Assembly: GCA_002269645.1 (NCBI GenBank)
Contig: NIVC01003088.1
Span: 1 to 64,000, forward strand
Direction: 5' to 3'
From: Macrostomum lignano
Taxonomy: Eukaryota
Length of the DNA: 64,000 bases
Positions 1-11,441 of this stretch are shown one piece after another. Positions within the stretch are counted from its first letter, which is position 1, and every line of letters begins with the position of its first letter. The position numbers and the translations under genes were made by a program. A model generated the notes under the pieces. The model was not told where the DNA came from. It did not search any database and saw only the letters and a list, made by a program, of their open reading frames with translations.

Positions 1-2010
1 TAATGTCTTCTTTTAGCTAGAGTCTTAATGCCTAAATTTACAAAAAGCTTGCAAAATTGCTTTTTAGTTAAATATAAAATCCAACATTCTACTCTATGAG
101 GGCTTGCCTAATATAGCTTTTTAAGTGGCTATCTAAGAGGAGCTTATGAATAGGCTGGCAGCCATACCAACTAGTCAAAGAGTCACTGCTATGAGCCATT
201 AAATAAATTATAATTATGAATGATATAAGGCCTATAAAGACAATTTTAAGGGCAAATGATACATTATTCTTCGATGCTTTTAAGGTATAACCAAGCTCTT
301 TGTTCCAAGTCTGACTAAGGATGTTGGCTTCTTTACAAGTAGAGCCTTAAGACAGGCATTTTGATAGCTCTAGCCAAAGTTGCCATACTAAAACATGGTT
401 ATAAGAAATCAACTAAACTGTCTTATTATCATCTCAGCATTGGACAACTTGCTGCATCCACTAAATCATCATATTATATTACAATATATCAATAGTCTAT
501 ATGATATCATATGTATACTAGAATCATAAGTGGCAAGGTTGGCAAAAACATAAGTCTTAATTAATATATAAATAATTTACCAATATACATTGCAGCTTGT
601 ATCTTATAGTTTAGTTTAAGTGCTATAGTTTTTCTAGCAAATTGGCCTAATCAATTGTTTGAATGCTCTGAATAAACTCATCATATATATGTACTATATC
701 TAGGTACACTAGCTTGGCTTTCCACAGATACACAAAAGAGCTATGCTTGTTAGGAAGGAAAGACTGCCAGCAAATCTTATCTCACATGATCAAGCAGCTT
801 CTTTTTGTCTGACTGTAAACTCTAGTATAAGTTTATTAGGAAAGGTAGACCAGATTTACAGATTTGCTTTCTGGACATTTTAAATTAGAGCACATGCTTT
901 AATTAAGGTGCATTCTTTTTAAATATATAATAGGTGTGCTTAGCCAAAATTGTTTGTTCTCCAATGTAGGGATAGATTTTTTATATATAAAGTTTTTTAT
1001 AAAACTGAAAAAAAAGAATTCGTTTTTAGGAAAATGTGCCTTTTTAATTGTTTTCCACAAATATTTTTGCTCCTTGTTTATTGCACACCTCAAAGGGGGG
1101 CACTAGATTGCTAGTATCCTTTAAAAACACCCAAAACTTTAAAAACCTTTTGCCATGTTTCATGTTTTAGACCTACCTTTTGATATGATATTAATGTTGT
1201 TTGTTCAACTTAATTAATTGTATATCCCTTCTTTACAATTCTATATAGACTTACAAACTACAATACATTAAGAGACTTAATCCTAATAAACTTTAGAAAA
1301 AAATTATTTCTAATGATCATTGTGCCTAATGACTCCAATCCTATCTAACCATTATTAGTGGCTAGGCCTAATATAAGAGGTATATGTTTTTTGGTGCCTA
1401 GCATTTTGGTGCCTTAGTTTGCTTTTTGTGCCTAAATGATGAATTAAAATGAAAAACAAAAATAGAAAGTGAGCCTTAATTAAATAACTGCTTTGCAATC
1501 AAAATTGAAAATGATAGCTTTTTATTGTGGTATATTGGCATATTAGGCCTATTTATATTTTTTGAAAAAGTAGCTCTTATTTTATTTACTTTTTTGTTTT
1601 GATTTTTAAAAAAAATCAAAAAATGATTGTATATTACTCAATAAATAAAATCATCCTAAAAGAGATTTGTCATATTTCATAATTTTGATCAAAAATATAA
1701 TATGGCATCATTGTTAGTTATCATTATTACCTAAGAAAGCCTTTTTAGCATGCATTCTAAGTCAAGTGTAGCCTTGTAGGTTTGTATGCATGGATTTACA
1801 GCAAATAAAAGTAACCTAAATAGAATTCTCTAATTAATTAACAGAATACTACTTTTCTTGGGAAAATGGAAAGTTTTTGAGAAAATTCATTATATTGTAA
1901 AAAGATTACTTTATTATTTGTATAGGCCTAGGCCTATCACAAACTGAGATACCTAAAACTAAAAGCAATCTGCAATACCAAAATGCTAGGCACTAAAAAG
2001 CATAGAAACT

Positions 2011-2322
2011 AATAATAATAATAATTGATTACACCTGCCCAATGGGCAGATGTGCAACCGACAGCTCAGCCGCAGCTATTGCACGGCGCATCTGAAGGCT
2101 GCGTACGGCTGTTCAGTCCAACTGTCCAAGGACTGGGGGGTCGCCACACACACCCTCAATTACCCCAGCTAATGCTAGTACCCATTTTACAGCTGGGTAA
2201 ACTGAAGCAACGCAGAGTTAAGTGTCTTGCTCAAGGACACAAATTGTTGCAGAGGGATCGGGAATCGAACCCCCGACCTTCAAGTCGTGAGTCCGACGCC
2301 CTAACCACTAGGCTACAACCCC
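2011..2322 (-). mobile_element. tRNA-derived SINE with Meta/CORE-like central domain, copy 1
   Basis: Minus strand starts GGGGTTGTAGCCTAGTGG (A box) and GGTTCGATTCC (B box). It continues with TGTGTCCTTGAGCAAGACACTTAACTC...CAGCTGTAAAATGGG and ends in an (ATT)n tail. Possible TSD TAGAAACT at 2003-2010 and 2326-2333. A homologous copy lies at 59966-60247. Confidence 0.85.
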
Positions 2323-3786
2323 TACTAGAAACTAGAAACTGTATAAGATATATTTGCAGCAATAGATTATTTATAACATTTATACTTTTCTAGGCCTATT
2401 TAAATTGTTTAAAAAAGCTAACTTTTTTATTATTTTATAATGATTAATGACTACAGCTATTTTGTAATTCCAGTAGGGCCTATAGTCTTCTATCAGATGC
2501 ATATCTTAAAAAAGGCCTTCTAAACTTACTTATTCTCACTAGTTAGGCCCTACCCTAATTTAAGCAAAAAATCAACTGTCTATATTTGTATAATAAATAA
2601 GAAAAAATTAAAAATGACTTAAATTATCTATTAAGTAGGACTACTTAGAGTTTTAAATGTAAACAAAGTCTAAGTAAAAAAGTAAAAAAATAATCCTTAC
2701 TTTTCTTTAAGAAAATTGTCAGCTGTGTCATTGTATAAATTCATTTTTCAACAATGGATTGGCATTAATTTTATTACTAGGCCTAGAGTTAGAGCTTGAA
2801 AGTGAAAAAAAGATCTTAATGGTAAGTCGGTACTTAGTCCATAAAGTACTTAAAGTACTAAAGCGTTAAGGTTAAGATTATAAAATGTTAGGCCTAGTTG
2901 TTCTGTTCCCTAATCAAATGAAAGGTGCAGGGGTCAGGCTCCGTATGTAGAAAAAAACAAAAAGCAGACGGCAAAGCAAAGGGCTCAGAACTTAAAAATG
3001 AAGGCTGAAGTTTTATAAATTTAAATCACTCATGAAATGATAACAAAGTAATGTTTAATTAACAGAGAAACTATGATGTCAAACACTGGACAACTCTACG
3101 AGCAAGGTCATGAGTCCACGAGGTAATTTTTTGCAGGAAAGTACGACTTATGGCTTAAAAGATAAAATTTTTATTTGTTTTTCTTTTAAAATGTTTATAT
3201 ATATTTTTTAATATTAGAAAGGACTTTGTCAATTACTAATAAATCTTACTTAACAAAAACTTTTGATAATTTGTTTTAAAATTCATATGCCGGGCTTAAA
3301 GACAACAATTAACTGCGTTTGTTTTTAACGACTTTCATATATTTACCTGTCCCAAGGCCTCTAAATGTGTTGCCCCCCCCGAGCAGCAAAATTATGTATC
3401 CAATAGAAAGTTCGACGTCTCCGATACGTAACTTTTTTGTTGCAGGAACGTCACTGAACGTATCCAATTTTTACGATCCTCTATTGAACCTCGATCGTTT
3501 CTGCTACAAAAATGGTGAACAGATAATGCTCGTATTGTTTTTTTTTATTATTTATTCCACCATGCACCTGCCCGCTGCCTCCAAACCTTGCCCGCTGCCT
3601 ACCACTTGCGAGCCTGCGTACATCAAAGAAGGTTAGCGAGAACAACTTTAGCACCTGCAATTTTTTCAAAGATTTCATGAGCAATGCTGTAAGCCAGTAG
3701 GCTTTTCCGGTGTTGTTTTGTTGATTGCACAATTGTAGGGAGGCAGCAGGCAGGTGAAAGGCAGAGGGCAGGTGAGTGGCAGACCC

Positions 3787-3793
3787 TATAAAT
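3787..3793 (+). promoter_or_regulatory. TATA box of peptide gene copy A, preceded by clustered CAGGTG/CACCTG E-boxes
   Basis: CCCTATAAATG lies about 110 nt upstream of ATG 3899. It is conserved in copies B (7581-7587, minus) and C (10088-10094). GCAGGTG is repeated just upstream. Confidence 0.65.
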
Positions 3794-3898
3794 GCGAGCT
3801 GCTCAAGTCGCAGAGAAATCAAGCTCAACTCTCACTCTCCTGCTACAAGTTTTACTCTCTCTGCTTGCAACTCAGCCACATCCAATCGTCTGCTCAAC

Positions 3899-4325
3899 AT
3901 GAAGGTGCTCTGCTTCTGTCTGCTGGCTCTCCTGGCGATGCAGGTAAGCGAGCAACTCGGATATTTTCAACAAAAGGGAATACTCGTACATTTGCTCTCA
4001 GAATGCCGTAAAGTGTTGATTCTGTCTCGGTCCTTAATCCAACTTACCCGGCTCAAGTCCTGATCATGCGGTCAGATTACCTGATCTCTCGAGCTCTCAG
4101 TCCCTGAGCAAGTCTCTCCGCCCCGACCTCCTCTCGCAGCTCGACTCCGGCCTCGCCTGCAGCGGCAGCGACCGCTCCTGCGCCGGCACCTGCTACAGCC
4201 CGAGAACGCACCGCTGCATTGACGGCTACTTCCTGTGCCCCAGGTACCACTGGAAGTGCGGCGTGGCCTGCTACAATCCGTGGATGTACCGCTGCGTGAG
4301 GGGCCAGCTGAAGCTTCGCGGCTAG
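3899..4325 (+). CDS. Secreted 8-Cys CBM52-like peptide, copy A (exons 3899-3943 and 4140-4325; alternative in-frame acceptor at 4101)
   Basis: MKVLCFCLLALLAMQ|LDSGLA signal peptide, with a GTAAG donor and a CTCTCGCAG acceptor in phase 0. Mature peptide is CSGSDRSCAGTCYSPRTHRCIDGYFLCPRYHWKCGVACYNPWMYRCVRGQLKLRG*. The C-x3-CY-x-P-x3-RC-x2-G unit occurs twice. Confidence 0.85.
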
Positions 4326-5899
4326 CTGTGATGGCAAGGATGACCTCTGCGCGCTGCGCCTGCTGGTATTGGTCACGGATGTCCGACTGAATGACCGTCC
4401 ACTGCTTGACTCTGATTGGCGCTCTTTCATGCAGAAATATATATTGGCCGAATTATTACATTGAGCTCAAATTACAAATACAAATTGTTCAAACTGTATA
4501 CTGAGTTTGCTATCGCAGGAATCGCCCTGCGCACTCTGCACCTGGGTGTTTTGGGGACAACGGTTTGCCGCTGATCATTAGCGATTATACAGATGCGTGT
4601 AGCTGCAAGAGATTAATGGAGATTAATGCTACATAATCCAAATTCTGTCAGTAAGGCAAGGATGACCATTCGGTTATTATTAGACTACATCGAATTCGAT
4701 AACCGCTATAACTTCATATTGCAGGTGTGTAAAATGGGACACTGGACTACAGCTTTTCCATCTTACCACAATTACGAATAACATGTAATAACCTGTACTA
4801 CATGTACTTGTATACTGGATGCTGAGTTGAAAATGGTGATTGGGGATCAAATCCGTGCTCTTGTCACTCACCCACTTTTGCCATGATATCAGGTGTTTGT
4901 CAGTACGACTAACTCTTTTTACGAGCAATTTCCCCCCCCCCACCCCGTTAGGGATGCAACAAGTGAAGAGATAATTTTTGGAATCAACTAAATGTACGTT
5001 TTGACCTTGTTGAGCCACTTAAACGCCAAAAGACATAGGCAGAGCAAAAGCAAGTGCCACAACAGACTGTCACAACCGGTCCAAAAAGGGGAAGCGAACC
5101 CCAACGCCAAATGAAAGCGGGAGGGAGAGACATTCGGGCCAAATCAAATCAACGAAGCGCAGAAGAAATAAAACAAGACGGACCGGACCTGCCAGGTCAA
5201 AGCGCCAGCAGCTCCACCTGTCGCAACTCGCTGCGATCGAGAACCGCGCCAGAGACCGAGGCTGCAGAAGTCGACGAGGCGGAACTCGCGCAGGCCATCA
5301 GAGGTTCTCAGGATCAAGCCAGTGGCACTAACGCAGGCTTCTGTCTCGACCGCTTCCAGCACTCGAGCCCGTCGGTCGGGAACACGTCGGACGGTTGGCA
5401 TGTTGCCAGAACTGCAACTGGGCTAGGAGCTCGCCACGCACCGGTACTCGTTGATGCTGCTCATGAATGGCGATGTTAATATCCATGCGCGCGCGGAGCA
5501 GGGCCTTTGCAGGTTTGGCCACTTTGCAGAACCAGTCTAGTTTGCCGACTATCGCGAATGCCCGAGCTCAGAAACTCTGCGTCCAAGTCGCCGAGCAGAC
5601 TGATGTCAAAGTGGCAGCTGACAGCGACAGGACCGGCCACAGGCTCGAGCGGCAGGGCAGGCGGCAGTGCGAGCAGCTGTCTCGCATGGAATTAAAATAT
5701 TGTATTGGACTGTCTAGCAGACGCCATCCGCTTAGGGCCGCCGCGACAGGTTTCTCATCCTCCCAATTTCTGTCTCACGTCCAGGGAGTCCGGGATAGCA
5801 GCCGAATCAAATCTCCCCTCTCTCCTATGTCCGGCTCTCCTCTGGTTTAGCGTCAGCTTCGTCCTGGTCGTCGTCCTCAAGCTCGCTGGGGGCGCATTC

Positions 5900-6030
5900 G
5901 AGCTTGCAGCGAGCAGGCGGCCTGTCAGCTAGCTCCTCTTTATTGCCACTTGTCGGTAGGGCCTTCTCGCGCGTAAGGCATCTTTGAGGGCCTGCACGGT
6001 CTTGCTGCACAGTGCGGAGTCCCTTTTGAG
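5900..6030 (-). pseudogene. Frameshifted SAP-domain remnant inside a decayed GC-rich coding-like stretch (about 4950-6600)
   Basis: Minus-strand translation across one frameshift reads SALCSKTVQALKDALR/EKALPTSGNKEELADR, matching the SAP motif, followed by an acidic tract (ELEDDDQDEAD). Flanking frames contain stops. Confidence 0.45.
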
Positions 6031-7049
6031 TGCAGTGCTTGGCAAATCAGGCTGGCGAGAAATATTTTGCCAAAATCCGCCAACTCAGCGGCCGCGACAC
6101 GAGACTAAATAGCATAAAGTGCAAGTAGGAGGCGGCCCTTCAATGCTTCGACTACCAACAACTCCCAATATTGACCCTTGGCATCTCACCGACCCCTATG
6201 AGCCAAAGATCTTCAAATATTCTACTCATGAGGCCTGACCTCTCAGCAATTCGATTCTTTCATGGCGATTCTGTATAGCGCCAATGTATCCAGTACACCC
6301 CTTTGCGCCAATCAGCACTGCGCTTCAGTGCAGCCTTTCCAGGCGTCCAGATCTCACCAGCACGTCGATCACACGTGTCTGCATCAGCTCTAACTTCGTT
6401 GGTCACTGGCCTTTACCCAGGCGTAGCTTCTGGACCTTAGCAGGTGGCACCAGGTGACTCTTGAAACCCTGATGCGAATTTCTCGACATTCTCAGCTATT
6501 CTCTCCAGCATTCCGTAATCACCCCGACGCCGTCGGCACCTTCACCTAGCTGAGGATGTCCAGCAGTTGAGGCTTGCCCACTACCATAAATTACTATTCA
6601 TAAACTACAGTATTTTTTCTAATAAGCTGGATTAGAAAGTAAACAGTTATATACTTGTACAAGTACATGGCTTAACATGGCAGTTTCATGTGCAATGGAA
6701 CTAGTGCTATTGCTTGAACAGACACTGCGTGAACTGCAGTTTCCAATGGCTCAATGTTATACAGCTATTCCAGCATTGATGCGCGCATTGCTAAAAACTC
6801 ATATCGAGTGCCACTGAGATATAAAAAACCGATTTAACACGTATGCAGCTCATGCAAACAATTCGCTTTGTAATTTGCAGCTCAACTTTTATTAATCAGC
6901 TGATATTGATTTCTCAGATACAATTATGGAACTGATAAAATCTCATGAAACAGCGCCAATCAGAGTCAAGCAGTGGACGGTCATTCAGTCGGACATCCGT
7001 GGCCACTACCAGCAGGCGCAGCTCGCAGCGGTCATCCTTGCCATCACAG

Positions 7050-7476
7050 CTAGCCACGAAGCTTCAGCTGGCCCCTCACGCAGCGGTACATCCACGGATT
7101 GTAGCAGGCCACGCCGCACTTCCAGTGGTACCTGGGGCACAGGAAGTAGCCGTCAATGCAGCGGTGCGTTCTCGGGCTGTAGCAGGTGCCGGCGCAGGAG
7201 CGGTCGCCGCCGCTGCAGGCGAGGCCGGAGTCGAGCTGCGAGAGGAGGTCGGGGCGGAGAGACTTGCTCAGGGACTGAGAGCTCGAGAGATCAGGTAATC
7301 TGACCACATGATCAGGACTTGAGCCGGGTAAGTTGGATTAAGGACCGAGACAGAATCAACACTTTACGGCATTCTGAGAGCAAATGTACGAGTATTCCCT
7401 TTTGTTGAAAATATCCGAGTTGCTCGCTTACCTGCATCGCCAGGAGAGCCAGCAGACAGAAGCAGAGCACCTTCAT
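7050..7476 (-). CDS. Secreted 8-Cys CBM52-like peptide, copy B (exons 7476-7432 and 7235-7050)
   Basis: Same structure as copy A with an S-to-G change (CSGGD). AATAAA at 6893-6888 on the minus strand. Confidence 0.85.
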
Positions 7477-7946
7477 GTTGAGCAGACGATTGGATGTGGC
7501 TGAGTTGCAAGCAGAGAGAGTAAAACTTGTAGCAGGAGAGTCGAGTTGAGCTTGATTTCACTGCGAGTTGAGCAGCTCGCATTTATAGGGTCTGCCACTC
7601 ACCTGCCCTCTGCCTTTCACCTGCCAGCTGCTGCCTCCCACCTGCCCGCTGCCTCCCACCTGCCCGCATGCGTCAGCGAGCGGTCAGCGAGAACAAATTT
7701 GCACCTGCACTTTTGTTTGCCGCTACGCTCGTAATTGTACGAGAGCTCTGCCTGAGCAGCAACGGTGCTGTATGCCACTGTGAAGGGTCTTTGGCTACGA
7801 GCAAGTCGTGCTACGAGTAGTTGAGCATCGTTTCAGTATCGAGTGGATGAATCTGAAAAGGTGGCTTCGCTCACCAAAAAAGTGCATGCAGGTTGCCTAT
7901 CAATGCGTTGAATAAGCTCAATATTTTATCAAACTCTTAGTTAATT

Positions 7947-9531
7947 AGTCGCCATAATCAACGCGCCGCCACTCCCGCTGCCCAACATCCTGACGCTGCC
8001 GCCAGAAACGCCGTTGCCGTCAGAGGACAGTTTTAACGTTGCCAGTCACCATGGCTGAAGTCGTAATGCTCGCCCAGAATACGCCGGGCGGCAAGGCGCT
8101 GGGTCCGGACGAAGTGCCCATCGAGATTAACCGCGTGCTCTCCGGTGAAATGGCACCCACGGAGTGGACCATGGCATTCGCATCGCCATTCCAAAAAAGC
8201 CGGGCACTACACGGCTAGACGAGCAAAGCGAAGTTGTTCAATCGGATGCTGCTATCGTGGTTGCAACCCATGCTGGATCCCTACCTGCAACCTGAGCAGA
8301 ACGGGTTTCGGCCCCACCGTGGCACAGTGGCGCAGATCCTAGCTCTTTGCCGAATCATCCAGGAGGCGCGCACGCGCCAGTTGGACCTGATTGTTGTCTT
8401 CATTGACTTCATGAAGGCATTCGACTCGGTTGCGAGGGCTGCGCTCCCGCATGTGCTCCGAGCGTATCATGTACCAGAACAGCTGTTCTCCGCCATAATG
8501 ACGTTGTACTGTGCTACGAGAGCAGCTGTGATGACGCCGGACGGCCTGTCGGACTCTTTCGAGACATCCTCCGGGGTGCTCCAGGGGGACACTCTAGCGC
8601 CGTTCCTGTTCGTCCTGGTGCTTGACTGGGTGCTACGAACTGCTCTTCCTACCGACGAAGACGGCTTCCTATTGCGGCGACGCGTGGGTCGACGTCAACC
8701 GGAGAAACGGCTCAGCGTGCTTGGCTACGCCGATGACCTCGCCCTGCTGTCCTTGACCGTAGAGGGCGCCCAGCGCCAGCTGGACAAGCTGGTTAGCGCT
8801 GAAGCGAGCGTCAGCCTGGTGGTCAACACGAAGAAGACCGTTGTGCTCTGCTTGCCGGGCGACATCGAGGCCGCAATTTTCTGCCGAGGCGCTGGCGGGC
8901 AGGTAACGGAGCTTCCGCGCTGTCAGCAGTTCGTCTACCTCGGCGGTCTGGTACCTGACGTCCGCGGAGATCTGCGGCGTCGCCGCGGGCTCGCTTGGGC
9001 TGCCTTTCGCTCTGTGAGGGCGGTCCTGCAGTCCGAGGCCCTGCCTGACCGCCAGAGGGCGGCGCTGTTCCAGGCGGTGGTCGAGACCGTCCTGTTGTAC
9101 AACGCCGAGACCTGGACGCTGACGGATTCGCTCGAACAGCAAGTCAACGCGGCGCACGCTGGCCTGCTGCGCGCCGCCTTCAAGATCAGCGACGAGCGGA
9201 TCACCAACGCACACTCTATCGCCGTGCCGGCCTGGCCCGTCCAAGTGAACTGCTGCGACTTCGGCGACTCCAGCTGGCAGGCCACATCATCCGCGCCGAG
9301 TCCTACTGCCCGCAGCCGGTGCAGGAGGTGCTGCTGCTAACGCTGCAGGCACCCTACCGGCGCGGCCAGGCCCGAACTCGGCGTTTCGTCGACTGCCTGC
9401 TGGCCGACTCTGGCGCCCCGGACTCTGCCGGCGGTGCGGCCTTTGTTCGCGCCCAGGCTCTGAAGCGTGCGCTGTGACGCTGCATTTTTCCACCTGACAG
9501 CGTACTTTGTTGCTGTTGTTGTTGTTGTTGT
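7947..9531 (+). mobile_element. 5'-truncated, frameshifted RTE-type non-LTR retrotransposon (RT domain)
   Basis: Motifs KALGPDEVP, QNGFR, FIDFMKAFDSV, GVLQGDTLAPFLF, YADDLAL and FVYLG. RRLQLAGHIIR follows a frameshift near 9210. Stop at 9475-9477 and (TTG)n tail at 9507-9531. 10-bp TSD TTAGTTAATT at 7937-7946 and 9532-9541. Confidence 0.9.
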
Positions 9532-9560
9532 TTAGTTAATTGTAGTCAAAACAGCCTTTG

Positions 9561-9750
9561 AAACAGCAGTTAAACACCAGTTTAACACCAGTTTAACACC
9601 AGTTAAACAGCAGTTAAACACCAGTTATACATCAGGTAAACTTCAGTTAAACACCAGGTAAACACCAGGTAAACACCAAGTAAACACCAGGTAAACGCCA
9701 GGTAAACAACAGGTAAACACCAGGTAAACAACAAGTAAACACCAGTTGAA
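9561..9750. repeat. 11-bp minisatellite (G/T)TAAACACCAG
   Basis: Visible tandem units; many contain GTAAACA. Confidence 0.85.
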
Positions 9751-10198
9751 ACCAGCTGCACCTCCAGCAGTCTCAGTTCGAGAGAGCATCAGAGACCTGT
9801 AAATTACAGGTTGTTTACAGTGTACGTGGACTTTATAACTAACTGAAAAATATTTTGTAGAAGGAAGGCAATTACGAGTAGTAAAGTCCTGAACTCTAAT
9901 TGTCACTGAGTATTGTATACCGATTGCGCAATCAACAAGCCAACAGTAAGAAACCTACTGGCAAACAGCAATGCTCAGCAAATGTCTGAAAAAATGCAGG
10001 TGCAAATTTGTTCTCACTGACGCATGCGGGCAGGTGGTAGGCAGCAGCTGGCAGGTGAAAGGCAGAGGGCAGGTGAGTGGCAGACCCTATAAATGCGAGC
10101 TGCTCAACTCGCAGTGAAATCAAGCTCAACTCGACTCTCCTGCTACAAGTTTTACTCTCTCTGCTTGCAACTCAGCCACATCCAATCGTCTGCTCAAC

Positions 10199-10625
10199 AT
10201 GAAGGTGCTCTGCTTCTGTCTGCTGGCTCTCCTGGCGATGCAGGTAAGCGAGCAACTCGGATATTTTCAACAAAAGGGAATACTCGTACATTTGCTCTCA
10301 AAATGCCGTAAAGTGTTGATTCTGTCTCGATCCTTAATCCAACTTACCCGGCTCAAGTCCTGATCATGCGGTCAGATTACCTGATCTCTCGAGCTCTCAG
10401 TCCCTGAGCAAGTCTCTCCGCCCCGACCTCCTCTCGCAGCTCGACTCCGGCCTCGCCTGCAGCGGCGGCGACCGCTCCTGCGCCGGCACCTGCTACAGCC
10501 CGAGAACGCACCGCTGCATTGACGGCTACTTCCTGTGCCCCAGGTACCACTGGAAGTGCGGCGTGGCCTGCTACAATCCGTGGATGTACCGCTGCGTGAG
10601 GGGCCAGCTGAAGCTTCGTGGCTAG
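10199..10625 (+). CDS. Secreted 8-Cys CBM52-like peptide, copy C (exons 10199-10243 and 10440-10625)
   Basis: Same protein as copy B. TATA at 10088 and AATAAA at 10782-10787. Confidence 0.85.
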
Positions 10626-11441
10626 CTGTGATGGCAAGGATGACCGCTGCGAGCTGCGCCTGCTGGTAGTGGCCACGGATGTCCGACTGAATGACCGTCC
10701 ACTGCTTGACTCTGATTGGCGTTGTTTCATGAGATTTTATCAGTTCCATAATTGTATCTGAGAAATCATTATCAGCTGATTAATAAAAGTTGAGCTGCAA
10801 ATTACAATGCGAATTGTTTGCATGAGCTGCATACGTGTTAAATCGGTTTTTTATATCTCAGTGGCACTCGATATGAGTTTTTAGCAATGCGCGCATCAAT
10901 CAACCAGTCATGAAACTCCCAATGCGAGTTTGGAGCAGGCATCAATCAACGTATTGGTAATTCTTTCGTGATTGCGCTCAATCAGCTGTTTTAAATGTAT
11001 AATTGCATTATGAATTGTCATACCCGTGACTAATTCCACTAAACAGCTGATTACCTCTATTTAACAGGTGAGTATAAACTCTGTCTGAAAGGTAAATCTG
11101 TCTAACAGGTGACTCTGTCTAACAGGCTACTAACGCATGACTACTTAAGACACCATTCGGATTTGTTATTTTTGAAAAAATGTAACTTTTTGCAATAAAA
11201 GTACACGCTGTGTCTGCTTCTTGTAATAAACAACACCGCCCTCCTTCGGTCTTAGGACTTAGGACTGATTAATTACTCACCAAAGCTGCCCACTTGCAGC
11301 CATAGACATTTCTTTTCTGTACATTTGTAGTCTCAAGAAATTGCTACATCTTTGGTTAATCGAATTCAATCATAGCCAATTCTAAGCCTAAGGCTGATAA
11401 AAAATCATAATTTTGTTTAAACAATCAATCAATCATCCGAG

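Larger units (their letters stand above)
6775..10900. repeat. Inverted duplication: arms about 6775-7714 and about 9992-10900, each carrying a peptide gene, around a 2.3 kb spacer
   Basis: The reverse complement of 6775-7714 matches 9992-10900 almost base for base, including promoter, intron and 3' UTR. The outer breakpoints are sharp (ATTGATGCGCGC / GCGCGCATCAAT). Confidence 0.9.

Noticed and set aside
1-2000. AT-rich, CpG-poor stretch that may be an ancient decayed TE
   Set aside because: No recognisable motif or sustained frame on either strand.
2240-2322. tRNA gene (also 59966-60040)
   Set aside because: These are the tRNA-like heads of SINEs; there is no acceptor stem or terminator, and they continue into the SINE body.
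4077-10749. Antisense 117-125 aa ORFs over the peptide exons (4077-4430, 6926-7303, 6945-7298, 10372-10749)
   Set aside because: Shadow ORFs of GC-rich coding sequence; splice signals, TATA and the signal peptide support the opposite strand.
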